Source of the DNA: an uncultured Nitrososphaerales archaeon
GTDB lineage: Archaea > Thermoproteota > Nitrososphaeria > Nitrososphaerales > Nitrososphaeraceae
NCBI GenBank assembly: GCA_963709405.1
Contig: CAVPXM010000037.1
Span: 1-47,282, forward strand
Reading direction: 5' to 3'
DNA: 47,282 bases
The notes below the pieces were generated by a model. That model made no database searches, was not told the origin of the DNA, and saw only the letters and a list, made by a program, of their open reading frames with translations. Made by a program: the position numbers and the translations under genes. This document shows, in pieces, positions 1 through 12,579 of this stretch. The first letter of the stretch is position 1. The number at the start of each line of letters is the position of its first letter.

Positions 1-200
1 ATTTTAGAAAATAATTAATAACTAGACGTAAAACAAAATGAAAGCATCCCTTCGTGGGATCAATCCTTGTATATTTTATACTAATTGATCATATTAGCAA
101 AAGCAGAGCTATCAATAGTCCTTAATATATGTAAATCTTCTATTTTAAACAATATCTATCGGTATCTTTATTGTCTTTCCTACTCTTGTTTCGCTTTTGT

Positions 201-1304
201 TTACCACTGTGTGATTTTAGTCCCTAGGTGATTGCATCTTTGGATCATTCTGCTTATTACAATTCCCTCATCTTCTTCTAGTAATGCAGTATTCGCACTA
301 AAATCATGGATTTTCGTTGGAACAAGTTCTATCTCTTTTTATTTTGCAATGACTACTACTATTGCCATTGTTATTATACTTGCCATAATTGTTATTGTTA
401 CTATATTCAAAATTTAATCAAAATACAAAAGACAAATCATTTCTATATACTTGATGTACTGCATAATCGTCTATAAAATCTCCGCAATCATACATTATTA
501 TTTTATTGTGCTTATAAATTTCTATACCTTGAGGCATATGATTACTGTGACCCCAGTATATATCAGCTCCCATGTCAATAATCATATGCGCAAAATTAAC
601 GTAGTCAGAAGAAGGATTTTCTCTAAAATGAGGACCAACATGGAAGAAACGATTACCAGATCTGATACTTGTCTTGCTTTTTGTATAGAGCGTTTAAGTC
701 TGCTATGATGAACACTATTGCTGTACTATCTAATTCCACATTCTCTTTCTCCTTTCTTGACTTAATCGGAATATAGTTTATTCCAGGTGAATTCTCAGTT
801 GCTTCCCATTCCGGCTCATTATCAGTTAATGATACTATGCCAATTTTAACCACACTAATACCCTGGACATTATTATTTTTAACTGCTACTAACACTCTTT
901 GGTTTCGTTCTTTTGTTTGTATTTAATATAGCCGGTTCCATTGCTTCTTTGAGATTTCTGCCAGCACCCGAATGTCTTATTTCATTTTTGTCAAGCAAAT
1001 CAAGCATTTCAATTAGTGCTTCATTATCATAATCTAATACGTGGTTATTAGCTAAAGATACATAATCTATTCCTGCTACCTTCAAAACATTAATGGCTTC
1101 AGGATGAGCACGAAAGTGAAACACCTTAAATGTTTTATCCCATTCTTTACCAACTGATGACACTACACATTCTAAATTTATTAAAGATAAATCCGTACGA
1201 ATAACGTTTAATGTATCTCCCCATACATAAGTAAATTTATCATTAGAAAGTACACTATTAACCAATCTTCCAAGCATCACATCTCCAGTAAAAGCAATTT
1301 TCAT
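201..1304 (-). pseudogene. CapA/PgsA-family metallophosphatase (poly-gamma-glutamate synthesis protein-like), frameshifted
   Basis: Motifs MKIAFTGDVMLGR, INLEC and SLANNHVLDY in ORF 879-1343. Continues in other frames as IGIVSLTDNEPEW, IIMYDCGDFIDDYAV..YRNDLSF and IELVPTKI; several frame changes. Confidence 0.8.
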
Positions 1305-1645
1305 TCCTACTTGTACTATCGCTGACATTTCTATTATTAACATCTCTTTTTCTCTCTATGTTACGCAAACTTGTTGTCGATAAACCCTGGATAAGATACG
1401 AAATGATATTATGTAAGTATAGAATGCAGTGCAGTTTAACTGTATTCTTCTTACGAAGCACTAATTTTGATAATAAGCACTATGTTAGTAAAAATGAAGA
1501 CTCTGATGAGGCTACGAAAACAACGATCACATCGATCTGTTTTCCAACAGTTATCAAATTTTTACTCATCATTTCGTTTAATACAATTTGATCTACCTTT
1601 TTCACTCTATCAAAAACACTTTCTATTAACTATAGCATTTATCAT

Positions 1646-2162
1646 TCAAGCAATTAATCTATCGAGTAATAGTTCATTAACTTTTTCTCTGTTTTGCAAA
1701 TCAAGGTTGATCAAAAAATTAGATTTATTTTTACTTTTCCGTTAGAAGATGTTGTAGTTTTTGATGGTACAACAACAATTACTTTCTTGTCGACATTAAT
1801 TAAATTCTTTACAGAGTCTACGAACTCTCTGATTTGAGCTCCATAGGACCAATCTCGTCGCAAAAGATGACATCAGAATTCATTACAGCATTCGTCAGTC
1901 GCTCGGCGGCGAAGTTGCACCCTGCAATGTTAACGAAATACTTTCCAACCTTAGGACCATTTCCAGTGATGGAAGCCAATACATTTCTATCATTTGTGGA
2001 AAGATCGATGAATTCGAATCCTATCCTCCTATTATTGGTTCTTAGCTCTCTAGAAACTATCCCACCTACTTTCACTCCTCTTTCTTTTAATGCTCGGGCG
2101 ACACCAATTATGGCTGTTGTCTTCCCGATTCCTGGAGCTCCTGTTAGAACTATAATTGTCAT
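1646..2162 (-). pseudogene. Archaeal nucleoside-triphosphatase (THEP1/NTPase_1 family), frameshifted near the C-terminus
   Basis: Walker A TGAPGIGKTT, RIGF, GPKVGKY and Walker B DEIGPMELKS. The C-terminal part (EFVDSVKNLINVDKKVIVVV) is in another frame after ~1830. Confidence 0.85.
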
Positions 2163-2312
2163 TATTCTTGATTGAACAAAGCCGTTTAAGTCGTTTTAGG
2201 ATACTAGAATGGGGGCGAGCACATTCTGCGACGAATTCTATCCCTCCTTCACTCACCAGCAGTGGATTACTAGCATGAGTATCCCCAAGGTGGATTACAT
2301 ACACTAGTGTAG

Positions 2313-4521
2313 TAGATCTATTGCGTAATTAGAAGCTTAGAGCTATATTCGACGTCATATAGGATATTTATGTGATATCTCTTTGATGTCATATAGAAGA
2401 CTATGCAAAAAGCCTTTGTTATTCAGGTCACTTACTGGACTAACTGTACCAGAATTTGATCAAATAAGCACAGAAATGGACTCGAAATATGAGGAATATG
2501 AAAGAAGACGTCTTTCTAAAAGGAAGAGGAAAAGAGATGTTGGTGCCGGTAGACCGTTTAAACTGAAACGAAGAGAAAGACTTCTAATGCTTTTGGTTTA
2601 TTATCGATTGTACATTACATATGCATTATCGGGATTTCTATTCGATCTTGACCAGAGCAATGTATTTAGAGATTTGACTATCCTAGAATCTTTGCTAAAG
2701 GAGTGTATTCCATTGCCAAAGAAGATATACAAACGTACTAAGAGGTTAAGAACTATAGAGGAAGTTGAACAGTACTTCCCTGGATTCAAGGCTTTCATAG
2801 ACTCTACAGAACAGGAGATTCCAAGACCTAAGAACAAGAGAAAGAGAAAGAGTTACTATTCAGGTAGAAAGAGGAAACATACTGTCAAGACACAATTGAT
2901 GGTTAATACTGAAGGTTTGATCCTGCATAAGACAGGTCACAGGAATGGAAGAAAACATGATTATGACATTTACAAACACAATCATCCTACTAAGTGAAGT
3001 GTCTGGCTATATGTCATAATATTTTTATCCCCTAGTCTAGATTGTTAGATAGATAAAGCTTAACAGATGTAGGATATTCCCATCATGTGAGACATGCTTC
3101 TAAGTTGAATCTAAGCCGGGGACAGAAAACAAGTCTAGAATCACTTATGAATAATACAACTAACAAGAAGGAGTATCGTAGGGTACTGGCGATACTTCAA
3201 AAGAGTCAAGGTAGAAGAAGCTATGAAGACATAGGACATGAACATGGAGTCAATATTCGATCTGTACAAAGATGGGTTGCTGCGTTTATTCATGGTGGGA
3301 TAGAAGAGGTAAGGATAAAGAAGAGACCTAGAGGATTGAATTCACGTATAACTGATGAAAACAAAGAGATTATTCTTTCTGCATTATTTAATGATCCCCA
3401 TATCTTTGGTTATCTTAGAAATACATGGAGTCTAAGGTCACTTGCACGATGTCTTACAGATGAGCTTGATATTCCAATCAGTTTCAAACATCTGCAAAGA
3501 ATAACTAAGGATATGGGGATTAGGTGTAAAAGACCAAAATTGGAACTATTACATGGGCCTGATTATGAAGAAGGGAGAAAAAGAGTGGAGAATTACAAGC
3601 AAGTAGCATCAGCTCTGAAAAAAAGGAGTGATGTTAGTATTTGAAGATGAAACTACGATAACACAGAAACCATGTATACGCAAATCTATGAGCTTTGAAG
3701 GGAAGCAGCTGAAAATAGAACATAATGGAAGTAGAAACAAGTTCTCTGCATACATATCCATGTTATGGCCAGATAAGAAATTGATGTATGATTTCTATAA
3801 TGAGATGAATTCTACGAATACCATAGACCATCTGGACAAGCTCAGGAAATATGTCATGAATATCAAATGGAAAAGATTGATACTCATCTGGGATCATGCT
3901 TCATTCCATATCAGTAAAATGACGAATGACTATATCAATGCACAGAAACATTGGCTTACCATAATCTATCTTCCAAAGAAAGCTCCATATCTGAACCCGA
4001 ATGAAAGAAAGGTAAACCAGCTGATAAAGTCATGTGTATGTGCAAATAGGTTTTATGAGCATATAGAAGACCAGAAAACCGCAGTATCAGAATTTCTAGA
4101 TAATAGATTTGGAAGATGGAATAATGACATTTAATGTGACACTTGACTTATAACTCCATCATAAGTTGACAATATAGTTGATCTTGGTTATCTTGGTATT
4201 GAAAAGGACTTTCCCACAGTAAAGTCTGTACTTCCCATTAGAAAGAAAAAGAATACCTTGCTTTCAAATGACGATATGAGATACAACAAGAATCACTCAA
4301 GACTCAGGATCATAGTAGAACACACCATATGCAAGATCAAGAAGTTTGGAATAATGGGTATTAAGTTCAGAAACAAACTAAGAAGGTACAATAACATATC
4401 TGATATTGTATCCGGTATACTGAACTTCAGAGTGATGCAGTCTAACAGGATTTCAATCTAAGAATACAGTCAAAATAGGCAGCATTAATAGATCATAACT
4501 GCTAATTACGCAAGAGATCTA
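2313..4521 (+). mobile_element. IS5-family (HTH + DDE_Tnp_4 type) insertion sequence, interrupted by an IS630
   Basis: Terminal inverted repeats TAGATCTATTGCGTAATTAG (2313) / CTAATTACGCAAGAGATCTA (ends 4521), 1 mismatch. Transposase 2383-2990 (IDSTEQ, YYSGRKRKHTVKTQ) resumes after 4151 (VDLGYLG...RIIVEHTICKIK), with an in-frame stop near 4162. Confidence 0.9.
2991..4150 (+). mobile_element. IS630-family element nested in the IS5 transposase
   Basis: Inverted ends TAAGTGAAGTGTC / GACACTTGACTTA. ORF A 3087-3644 (HTH, WSLRSLA) and ORF B 3628-4134 (FEDET, WDHASFH, YLNPNE = IS630 DDE) overlap at an A7 run. Confidence 0.9.
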
Positions 4522-4658
4522 GTATTTTGGGACTTTGATTTATAAAAATAACAGCAAATTAAGATGACCATAGATGAAAAATTTCAAATGTCTTAAAAGT
4601 TGGATGCTCAATATGAGAGCAACACTTAACAATAAGCTTCTAAATATACAACTATTCA

Positions 4659-5933
4659 ATGTCAAATGAATTCGATAATTCAGATGTAATAATTATTGGA
4701 GGAGGACTTGCAGGTCTTACCACTGCTGCGTCTGCTTGCCCGTTCTGGAAAGGCAGTAACGTTATTTGAACATTCGTCTAGAGAAATTGGAGGTCGTGCA
4801 AGGACTGCAGAAATAGACGGTTTTTACTTTAATCAAGGACCGCACGCACTATTTCTCACTGACGCAAGTGACTCAATTTTAAAGGAGATAGGCATCACTT
4901 ATACTGGAGGCATTCCTGCAGGGAAAGGTTATTTAATAAGCGGCGGCAAGAAACGTGAAATTGCTGGTGATTATAGTAGTTGGTTATCTGGTAAGAGTGA
5001 TGAGGGGAGTCAATTCTTTAAATCACCTGCCAAAATTGATTTTTCACAATTAGAAAGTGTTACAGAACAGGAATGGCTAGACAAAAATATTCGCGACATG
5101 AACGATGCTGAAATAATTAAGACGATTTTTAGACTAAATACTTATGCAAACGATCCAGACATTCAGAGCATAGGACCGGTACTTCACCAAATCTATGTGG
5201 GTAGTCGAGCAGGAGTTATGTATTTAGATGGAGGCTGGCAGACACTCGTCGACGGACTACTAACAGTAGCCAAAAACGCAAATGCAAGAATTGTCATGGG
5301 AAAAAAGGTAATCAAGGTGAAAAGAACTGATTCTTCTGGATGGCAAGTTTTGTTGGATGACAAAACCGAAGTGTCCTCAAAGGTAGTTGTAATAGCGAGC
5401 AGGTCCAAAGGATGCCTACAGCCTTTTCGATGACAACGAGAGACCAGACGTACTATCCAAGGCAGCAAAAGAAGCAAAACCCATACGCCTTGTATGTTTG
5501 GATGTTGCTCTTAGCAGCCTTCCAGACAAAGACACATTGTTTGCTTTGGGGGTAGATCGTCCACTATATTTTTCAGTTCATTCTGCATATGCAAAGCTTG
5601 CTCCTAAGGATGGGGCATTAATCCACGTCGCAAAATACCTTGGTACTTCAATTGAACCCAAGCCAAGAGAGGATCAACCGGAGTTAGAAGAGTTCCTTGA
5701 TTTACTGGCAGCCAGGATGGAGACAGGTGCTGGTTAAGAAGAGACCATTGCCCAACATGGTAGTATCTAATGCTCTTGTTACTGCTGCAGACGGCGGATT
5801 AGGTGGAAGACCGGATACAAAAATTGCAGAGAATTTGTACATAGTAGGAGACTGGGTAGGCAAGGAAGGATTATTGTCTAATGCGTCTGTTGCAGGCGCA
5901 AAGCGCGCATCTCAGCAAATCTTGAATGGGTGA
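4659..5933 (+). pseudogene. FAD-dependent oxidoreductase (phytoene desaturase/amine oxidase-like), frameshifted
   Basis: ATG at 4659 gives MSNEFDNSDVIIIGGGLAGL (dinucleotide-binding GxGxxG), then GGRART, FNQGPHAL, YLDGGWQTLV and LYIVGDWVG across about three frame changes. Confidence 0.85.
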
Positions 5934-5960
5934 CTTATTTTTATCATAATCAGGACAATC

Positions 5961-6068
5961 ATCACCAAAGGCGCGAAGGAAATCTACTATCCAGGAGCAC
6001 CGCACGGTCTCACGGCTACGCTTCAGGATCAGGTCAATGCTGACCTACTGGCCTTTCTGAAGTCCTAG
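5961..6068 (+). pseudogene. C-terminal fragment of a non-heme haloperoxidase-like alpha/beta hydrolase
   Basis: Translates to [35 protein letters not shown], with the catalytic His motif YxGAPHG; no N-terminal part. Confidence 0.7.
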
Positions 6069-6082
6069 ACTATTTTAAAAAA

Positions 6083-6462
6083 GGTTACATCTAGCATGTA
6101 ACCAATGAATTTTAATTAACTCAGTATCTATACTTTTCAAATACTAATTTAGCAATTTTTATAAATACCAATCATAATTCCTAAGTAAATTCGACATGTT
6201 CATTGGTTACAACGGTTACATCGGTTACGCCATATTTTCTATCTGCACAAGGCGAGCCTTCTTTATTCATTTTAGATAGCTAAATTGTTTTGTATACGAA
6301 AAGCTATGTAACTGATGTAACCTATGTAACCTATGAATATCTTAGATAATAGGTCAGAAATATAGAATATATATAAAATACTAGCATATTTATTACTATA
6401 ATTACAACTATTTTATACATAGAGTTACATCCAAAAAGAGCCAATATGTAACCGATGTAACC
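6083..6462. repeat. GGTTAC/GTAACC short-repeat arrays with 9-nt period in both orientations (iteron-like)
   Basis: GGTTACAT-ctagc-ATGTAACC at 6083-6103; GGTTAC at 6205, 6214, 6223; ATGTAAC at 6306, 6315, 6324; GTTACAT at 6424; ATGTAACC at 6446, 6455; AT-rich spacers. Confidence 0.8.
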
Positions 6463-6524
6463 CAAGTACACCCATAATTGAGGCTTTATAGACATCTTAA
6501 ATTATGCAAGTCTGTAAATAGAGC

Positions 6525-6640
6525 CAGAATGGCTTTAGATATAGATCCAAATGACGAACGAGCGCTTGATAACAAAGGTGCCGTTCATATGAGCTTAGGC
6601 TATCATACGCAAGCTATACCATATTTTGATAAAGAAATGC
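6525..6640 (+). pseudogene. Tetratricopeptide repeat fragment
   Basis: ALDIDPNDERALDNKGAVHMSLGYHTQAIPYFDK matches the TPR consensus; isolated fragment. Confidence 0.65.
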
Positions 6641-7131
6641 ATAAGATACGGATATGCAGTAACAGACCCCAACGATAGCGAGCGATCAAGAAAAGTATCT
6701 GGAAGAGGAAAACGAACTTCACAAGACATTGATGCATACCTAAGTGAAGGAAAAACATTATTCAGAACTCAAAAGTTTGGCTCAGGTAAGGATACTCGTT
6801 ACCACGTAACATCTGCCTAAAGTAACCAAACTTTCTCTGTTATTTTTTGTTAGCGATATAACGTTGTAACATATATAAAGTTAAAGAAGATCAGGTTTGT
6901 ACTAATATACTACAATATATCATGTCCCTGCGATAGTCAAAATGGGACTTTGGAAGAAAAATAAATAAACCCTCAAAAGTATAGCATTTAAAAAAGTGTT
7001 TACTTTTGAGATAAAGTCATGTAATAACCACGAATCCCATAATCAGTCTCTTTTTTTTCTTCAGATCATCTTGACGTATCGTAGTCATAATCCATTAAAA
7101 GGGTATAAGCAACCTACAAGGACTAGTTTTT

Positions 7132-7315
7132 ATGCCCTCAACCATCACTTTTTACGGGGGAGTCCATGAGATAGGTGGAAACAAATTTCTTGTGGAAGAC
7201 AAAGGAACGAAGATTTTCTTGGATTTTGGGATGCAAATGGGCAAGGTTAATCAATATTTTACAGAATTTCTGAATCCTCGCACATGTAATGGAATGGGCG
7301 ATTTGTTTGCATTTG
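7132..7315 (+). pseudogene. N-terminal fragment of an MBL-fold metallo-hydrolase (RNase J-like)
   Basis: ITFYGGVHEIGGNKFLVE...IFLDFG; truncated where it meets the convergent DUF499 gene. Confidence 0.75.
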
Positions 7316-10300
7316 AATTGTGTCCGTCTGTCGCTTTTATTTCGATCTCAAGTGATTGGAATTTAGTTTGAAGGTAATTCATTGCACGCATAATTTCAGA
7401 TATTCTTCCACGCGGTACTTTAAATCTGAGGATTATTTCTTTCCTATCAGTTGATAGCACCTCTTTTGGAAATGTGGGACCAATCTCTCCAATTGGTATT
7501 GAACCAGAAAGCTCCGTTGCAGTACTAATAGTACCTACTTCTCTCTCTTTGCTTGTTGCAAATAGTTTCACTGACGAGCAAATCCATTTCTTCAATAGGC
7601 ATCATAACTTCCTCTCGAAAAGCAGTACATACCATGTTTTCATTAGTATCAATTTCTCCAAGCCCAAATAGCCCTTGCTTAACCCCGGTCTTTATAGCAG
7701 ACTCTATTTTACTTGAAGATATAACTCTGGACTCGCCTGGAGTCTTTAGCATTGAATCATATATTTGTTGGATTTTGACATATTCTTTGTCTCCAAAATA
7801 TCTTGCCTTTATTACGACTGGTGCAATACCCTCCAAAATTTCTTCCTCACTCCTAAGCTTGTCATACACATCATAATCTACGCTCCTATTCTCTCCATAC
7901 GTCGGAATGCCCAGGTCTATCTCTTTAAATCCATCCCTTGCCGGAACATATACTATGCGATAGAATCTACGGATTGCTTCATTAAGTGTCTCTGCGTCTT
8001 TTTTTAGATTATTTCTTATCTCATTTCTTTGACCATCACTCAAGTTAAGTGTCTTGTCCATATCAAGATGTTCGTATGCTATTCTTCTCTTCATTCCTTC
8101 CAAAAATGACGACCTCTCTGTCTCTAGTGGTGTCAAGAAAAATATAGTATTCCGATAAATTCTTGGAGATTCGCCTTTCATCTCAATGATGTTATTCATT
8201 AACCTAACATTCTTTTCATGTATAACAACCAGCTTGAGTTCTTGTGTGTCTGGAATGTCCTTTGGTGTTGATGGCCAAGGATATATCTTAAATTTGTCCC
8301 CAATCATCTGCTTTTTCAGCAGCTCTGTTGCATGAATCATTTTATCATTCGTACATTATCTATATCTCTACATCCCGATAGCAAACATGTTATACAGTGA
8401 TGCTTTTAGCAACATCTCTTTGGCCATATTCTGAAACTTTCTTGCAGTTACATACTCGCCAAACGTTCTTTTGATAGACGAGAATACCGTTTCTGCCATC
8501 CACCTTTGTCCATAGCTCACGCTATGTTTCCATCTTTTGAGATTTGTTTGTTGTCTCATTACAGACCTATTCCTTGCTTGACAGTTGCCTGTCTTGACCT
8601 TGGAATTACTTCTTGTCTTTATACCAGGTTTAATGTGGTTCTTGGATAGATATCTAAAATTCTTATTACTGTCATACATACCATCTGCTAACGCACCCTT
8701 TACATTGTTATTTGCAGAAGCATTATCAATCAACTTCTTTAGCATCTTGCCATCGTGTACTTCTTCACTAGTAACCTCCAAAGAAATAATCTTCTTATTC
8801 TTGATGTTTACTGCTAGATGTATTTTCAGATAACCTCTTCTTACGTGCCATTTATGTCGTATCCATTCACCTCTATTAGCAACTTTGATTCCTGTACTAT
8901 CTAATGCTATAATGATGTCGTCATCATTACCTACTTCATGTCGTTCGCTGATTCTGATATCCTGGTTATTAATACGTCTGTTAATTGTACTGTAGTTTGG
9001 AATAGATGGTATCTTATTACCAGCATGAGCTATGACTACGCCTTCTGCTTGGCGGTATGGCAGATGAAAATATACCCTCATGTAACCTAGTAATTGGATA
9101 AACGAATCTGGATAGTGGTCATGTCCACCCCTCTTTCCATCATTCATTAAGTCCAACTCACTATACCAACTATCTATGACATCAAAATCTAGAATAACTT
9201 CACCTCGCCTAACTAGCGATTTGTTATAAAAAGACCAGTTAATCATGTCCAACAATAATCTCATTACATGTTAGCTAAATCTCAATTGGTCAACAAACTC
9301 ATACCTATATGATAATGATTTTGTGCAACAAAGCATTTTCAGTAATTGATGTTCTAGTTCAACAACTTCCTTGTCTTTGACGTTTTCAATCTTGGTAAGT
9401 AGAATTCGATTAAGGTTGGGCTGATTTAGGAAAACATATTTATCGTTTACGTTCTGAAGGAAAAATAAATTAGATTTGAGTTGTTCTACGGCCTCAGCAA
9501 CAACACTTGATGGATTATCTATAGTTGTAGCTGATCTTTTTATTTCTCCTAAATGACATCCTTTCTCAATACCGCCAGAAAAAGAATACATAAAAATTGA
9601 GGTTGCTGCCCTAGTCGCTATCTTCAAACCTCGAAATGATTTACCTAAAGACTCGTCTACTTTCCGAGAACCTGAATCTTTTTCAGCGATATCAGCTGAA
9701 ATAACACTATCAAACTCGTTGCCTGTGTATTTTACGAGTTCTCTTCGGATCTCATCATTTGACAAGTCAAAGTCAGCCAGTGAGATGTACCCTTGGCTAC
9801 TTTCTTTCAGAGAATAAATTATCAAGGACAATAGTCTCAGCACCCCTCTTGTCCTTTGGAACGTGGGAAGACTTCCCCATCTATGATACAAGGTTTCTAT
9901 AACATCTGGTAGGAAGGGAAAAGAATCTGTGAACTTTTCTTTATATTCCGAAATCTCCATTCCAACAGGAAGTATTCCTTCTCTTTCAGCATACTCAAGA
10001 AATTCAAAAATATTAGATTCACATTTTTTTAACTCCACATTAGAGAACAGTCGTCTTCTAATCACTTGTGCTATTTCGTTATCTCTCACAGGGCTGTAAA
10101 TTTTTTCTAGCCTACCTGAAACCTTCTGCAACTGATTGAACATCTTTTCAGCGTTTTTATCGTAATGTTCAAGGACACTGGATGGAAGGGTAATCACCAC
10201 GCAGACTTTATCCAAAATTCCTGCCACCTCGGTGAGTTCTTGCACAAAAGCTATAGTTTGAGCGGCCAACGTCGAATCCTTAACTTGAATTCCTGCTGCT

Positions 10301-10800
10301 TTTGTGGTATATTCTAGAAGTTCGTCAATCAGGATGAGCACCGGTCCTTTTGTTTTAAGAATCTTCCTTAGAGATTCCCTGCCAGGTGATACGCTTCCTT
10401 TTAATGCAACTATTTTACCTGTAATTTGATTCTCTATTTCCCCCCACATAGTTTGACTTGTGTTCATAGAAGTTCCTGATAGAACAACACATTTAGATCT
10501 CCATTGGTTAGCGCTGTGAAAAAGAGCTATTAATGCATGGGTTTTTCCTCCTCCGAAAGGCGTTTGAATTTGAATAACAGGATCTCCTCCCTGACCTTTC
10601 AGTCTCTTTTCTACTACATCTAAGAGGTTCTTCAAACCTTCAGTAATGTAGGTCTTTTTAAAGAACAAATTTGGATCTTTGTATTCAGGAAAAGTTCTAC
10701 CAAGATAAGTTTCCCACAGATCGGCTGCAAAAATGTTCATTGTCATCTTTCCTTCAAGTATATCTCTATGAGGCACGGCAATTGTATGGAATGGCTTCAT
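7316..10800 (-). pseudogene. DUF499 (COG1483-type) AAA+ ATPase, split by an IS5 and truncated at the C-terminus
   Basis: N-terminal PHRDILEG, FAADL, Walker A TPFGGGKTH, Walker B LIDEL, FPFLP and FQRTRGVLRLL. The frame ends ...HQLLK at the IS and resumes LLKKQMIG on the other side; further frameshift near 7590. Confidence 0.85.
8322..9334 (-). mobile_element. IS5-family (IS903-like) element with apparently intact 298-aa transposase (8368-9264)
   Basis: NWSFYNKSLVRRG, LDSTGIK, RGYLKIHL, ADGMYD, RWMAETVFSSIK. TIRs GCTCTGTTGCA / TGCAACAAAGC; imperfect target duplication ttttcagca / ttttcagta. Confidence 0.92.
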
Positions 10801-11154
10801 CTATTCAAACAACCTCCTCTGACCAGATTCTACCTTGATTTGTTTTGATATTCTTGCTTTCCCTGCAAGAAAGCCCTCTAGCCACTTCTTCTCTTTACTT
10901 TCAATAGGAAGCGATTCTGAAATGGCTTGTGCGATTCTATAGAAAGTATCGTTCTTTCCAAGACCAGATTCTTGTAAAAGACATCGATAACTTCATTACC
11001 CTTACCACTATTCCACAAAAGAAGAACCCTATGTAATATATCAATTAATTCATTCGAATCATTGAACCACTCAGCATTTCTATCATAAGGACCTAAGATA
11101 CGTATGAATTCTTTATCCTTTTGGATAAATCCTTTATTCCAACTATTGGTTAGA
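10801..11154 (-). pseudogene. C-terminal fragment of a DUF1156/COG1743-type adenine DNA methylase
   Basis: Reads ..LIDILHRVLLLWNSG..(frameshift)..FYRIAQAISESLPIESKEKKWLEGFL..QRRLFE*. Abuts the DUF499 start codon, the usual gene order; cut off at the IS481 end. Confidence 0.65.
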
Positions 11155-12187
11155 TGTTGTACTTACTGACATAGGTGACATTATAGCTTACAGACATGGG
11201 TTACACTTCTGTCGGGAAGTGAATCCATATAGAAATCAGAATAAGGTTTAATCTAATACACGAAAAAGAATGGACTGGTGATACCATATGTAATATTTGT
11301 AAGAGATATGGTGTATCCAGAAAGACTTACTACAAGTGGAATAATAGATACAAGCAGAAAGGGATAGAAGGCCTATCAGATAACTCCAGAAGGCCTCATA
11401 AAATCAACTACAGGAAGGTAACACCAGAAGTAGAAGAGACTATACTTGATCTACGATTAACTAAGAGATTTGGATGTAATAGGATCAAGTTTCGACTAAA
11501 AAGAATCATTGGAATCTCATTAAGCACCCGAACTATATACAAGATACTAAAGAGACATTGTCTTAATATCCTCATGTGTAAGGCCAAAGCAAGAACTTAC
11601 AAACGGTTTGTCATGAAGCATCCAAATGATATGGTACAGATGGATATCCTTGGCCCTTTCTATCTGAGTAATTCCAGTCAAAGGAATTACATCATTAGTT
11701 GCTTAGATGATTGTTCTAGGAAGGTAGCTAGCAAGTGGTCCGAAAGAAAGAGGTCAGTGGATGTTCTTAATGTATTAGAGGACTGGATAATGATTAATGG
11801 TAAGCCTAAGATGATGATGCATGATAACGGTAAACAGTTTACATCCAGAATATTCAGACATTTCCTTATACATAATCAGATAAAAGATAAGCAAATACCA
11901 AAATCATATCCGCAGTTACAGGGCAAAGTAGAAGCATATAACAAGATTGTAAAGAATGAATTCATAGCATTAGAAGATATACCAAACATAGATGATGGTA
12001 AACAAAGATACGACATGTTTGTTAAAGCATATAACGAAACCAGAGAACATGGAGGCATAAATGGTCTTACTCCATCGGAGATGTTCCTACAAAGGTTAAT
12101 TACATCCAGTACACATACGAGAACTAAACAGAAAAGGGTAACCCATGTAGGTAATTAAAAATGTAACCTATCCGTGCAAGTACAACA
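11155..12187 (+). mobile_element. IS481-family element (5' of transposase disrupted)
   Basis: TGT...ACA ends (TGTTGTACTT / AAGTACAACA); HTH (SRKTYYKW) and integrase core QMD, DDCSR, HDNGKQF, QGKVEAYN. Stop/frameshift at ~11220. Confidence 0.9.
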
Positions 12188-12296
12188 ATTAACAAAGGAG
12201 GTTGGTTCTGTGATTCCTGCAGAGATACCCTTATTGATGATAAATTAGCGGATTATGTCTTCATTGATAAATGACTTGGGTAGCGGTTAATGATAT

Positions 12297-12560
12297 ATGT
12301 ATGTCAAACGAAAGAATTTGTCTAATTATTATTATAGTCAAAAATTTTACTGTAAATATTTGACTTTACTACTATCCATATTAAAAATGATAGAGGAGGG
12401 TTTTACTGCATCACAGATTGCAAAAAAACTTAATCGAGACAAACAGCTGATTTCATATCATATAAGCAAATTAAAAAAATTTGGGTATGTTAAAGAAAAA
12501 ACACGAGATGTATACAAGTCACTTGAGATAACCCATGCAGGTAAAAATTTCCTCGACCAG
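12297..12560 (+). pseudogene. Winged-helix DNA-binding protein, N-terminal fragment
   Basis: GFTASQIAKKLNRDKQLISYHISKLKKFGYV is an ArsR/MarR-like wHTH; ends abruptly. Confidence 0.6.
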
Positions 12561-12579
12561 TATGCAATCTGCTGCCTCT

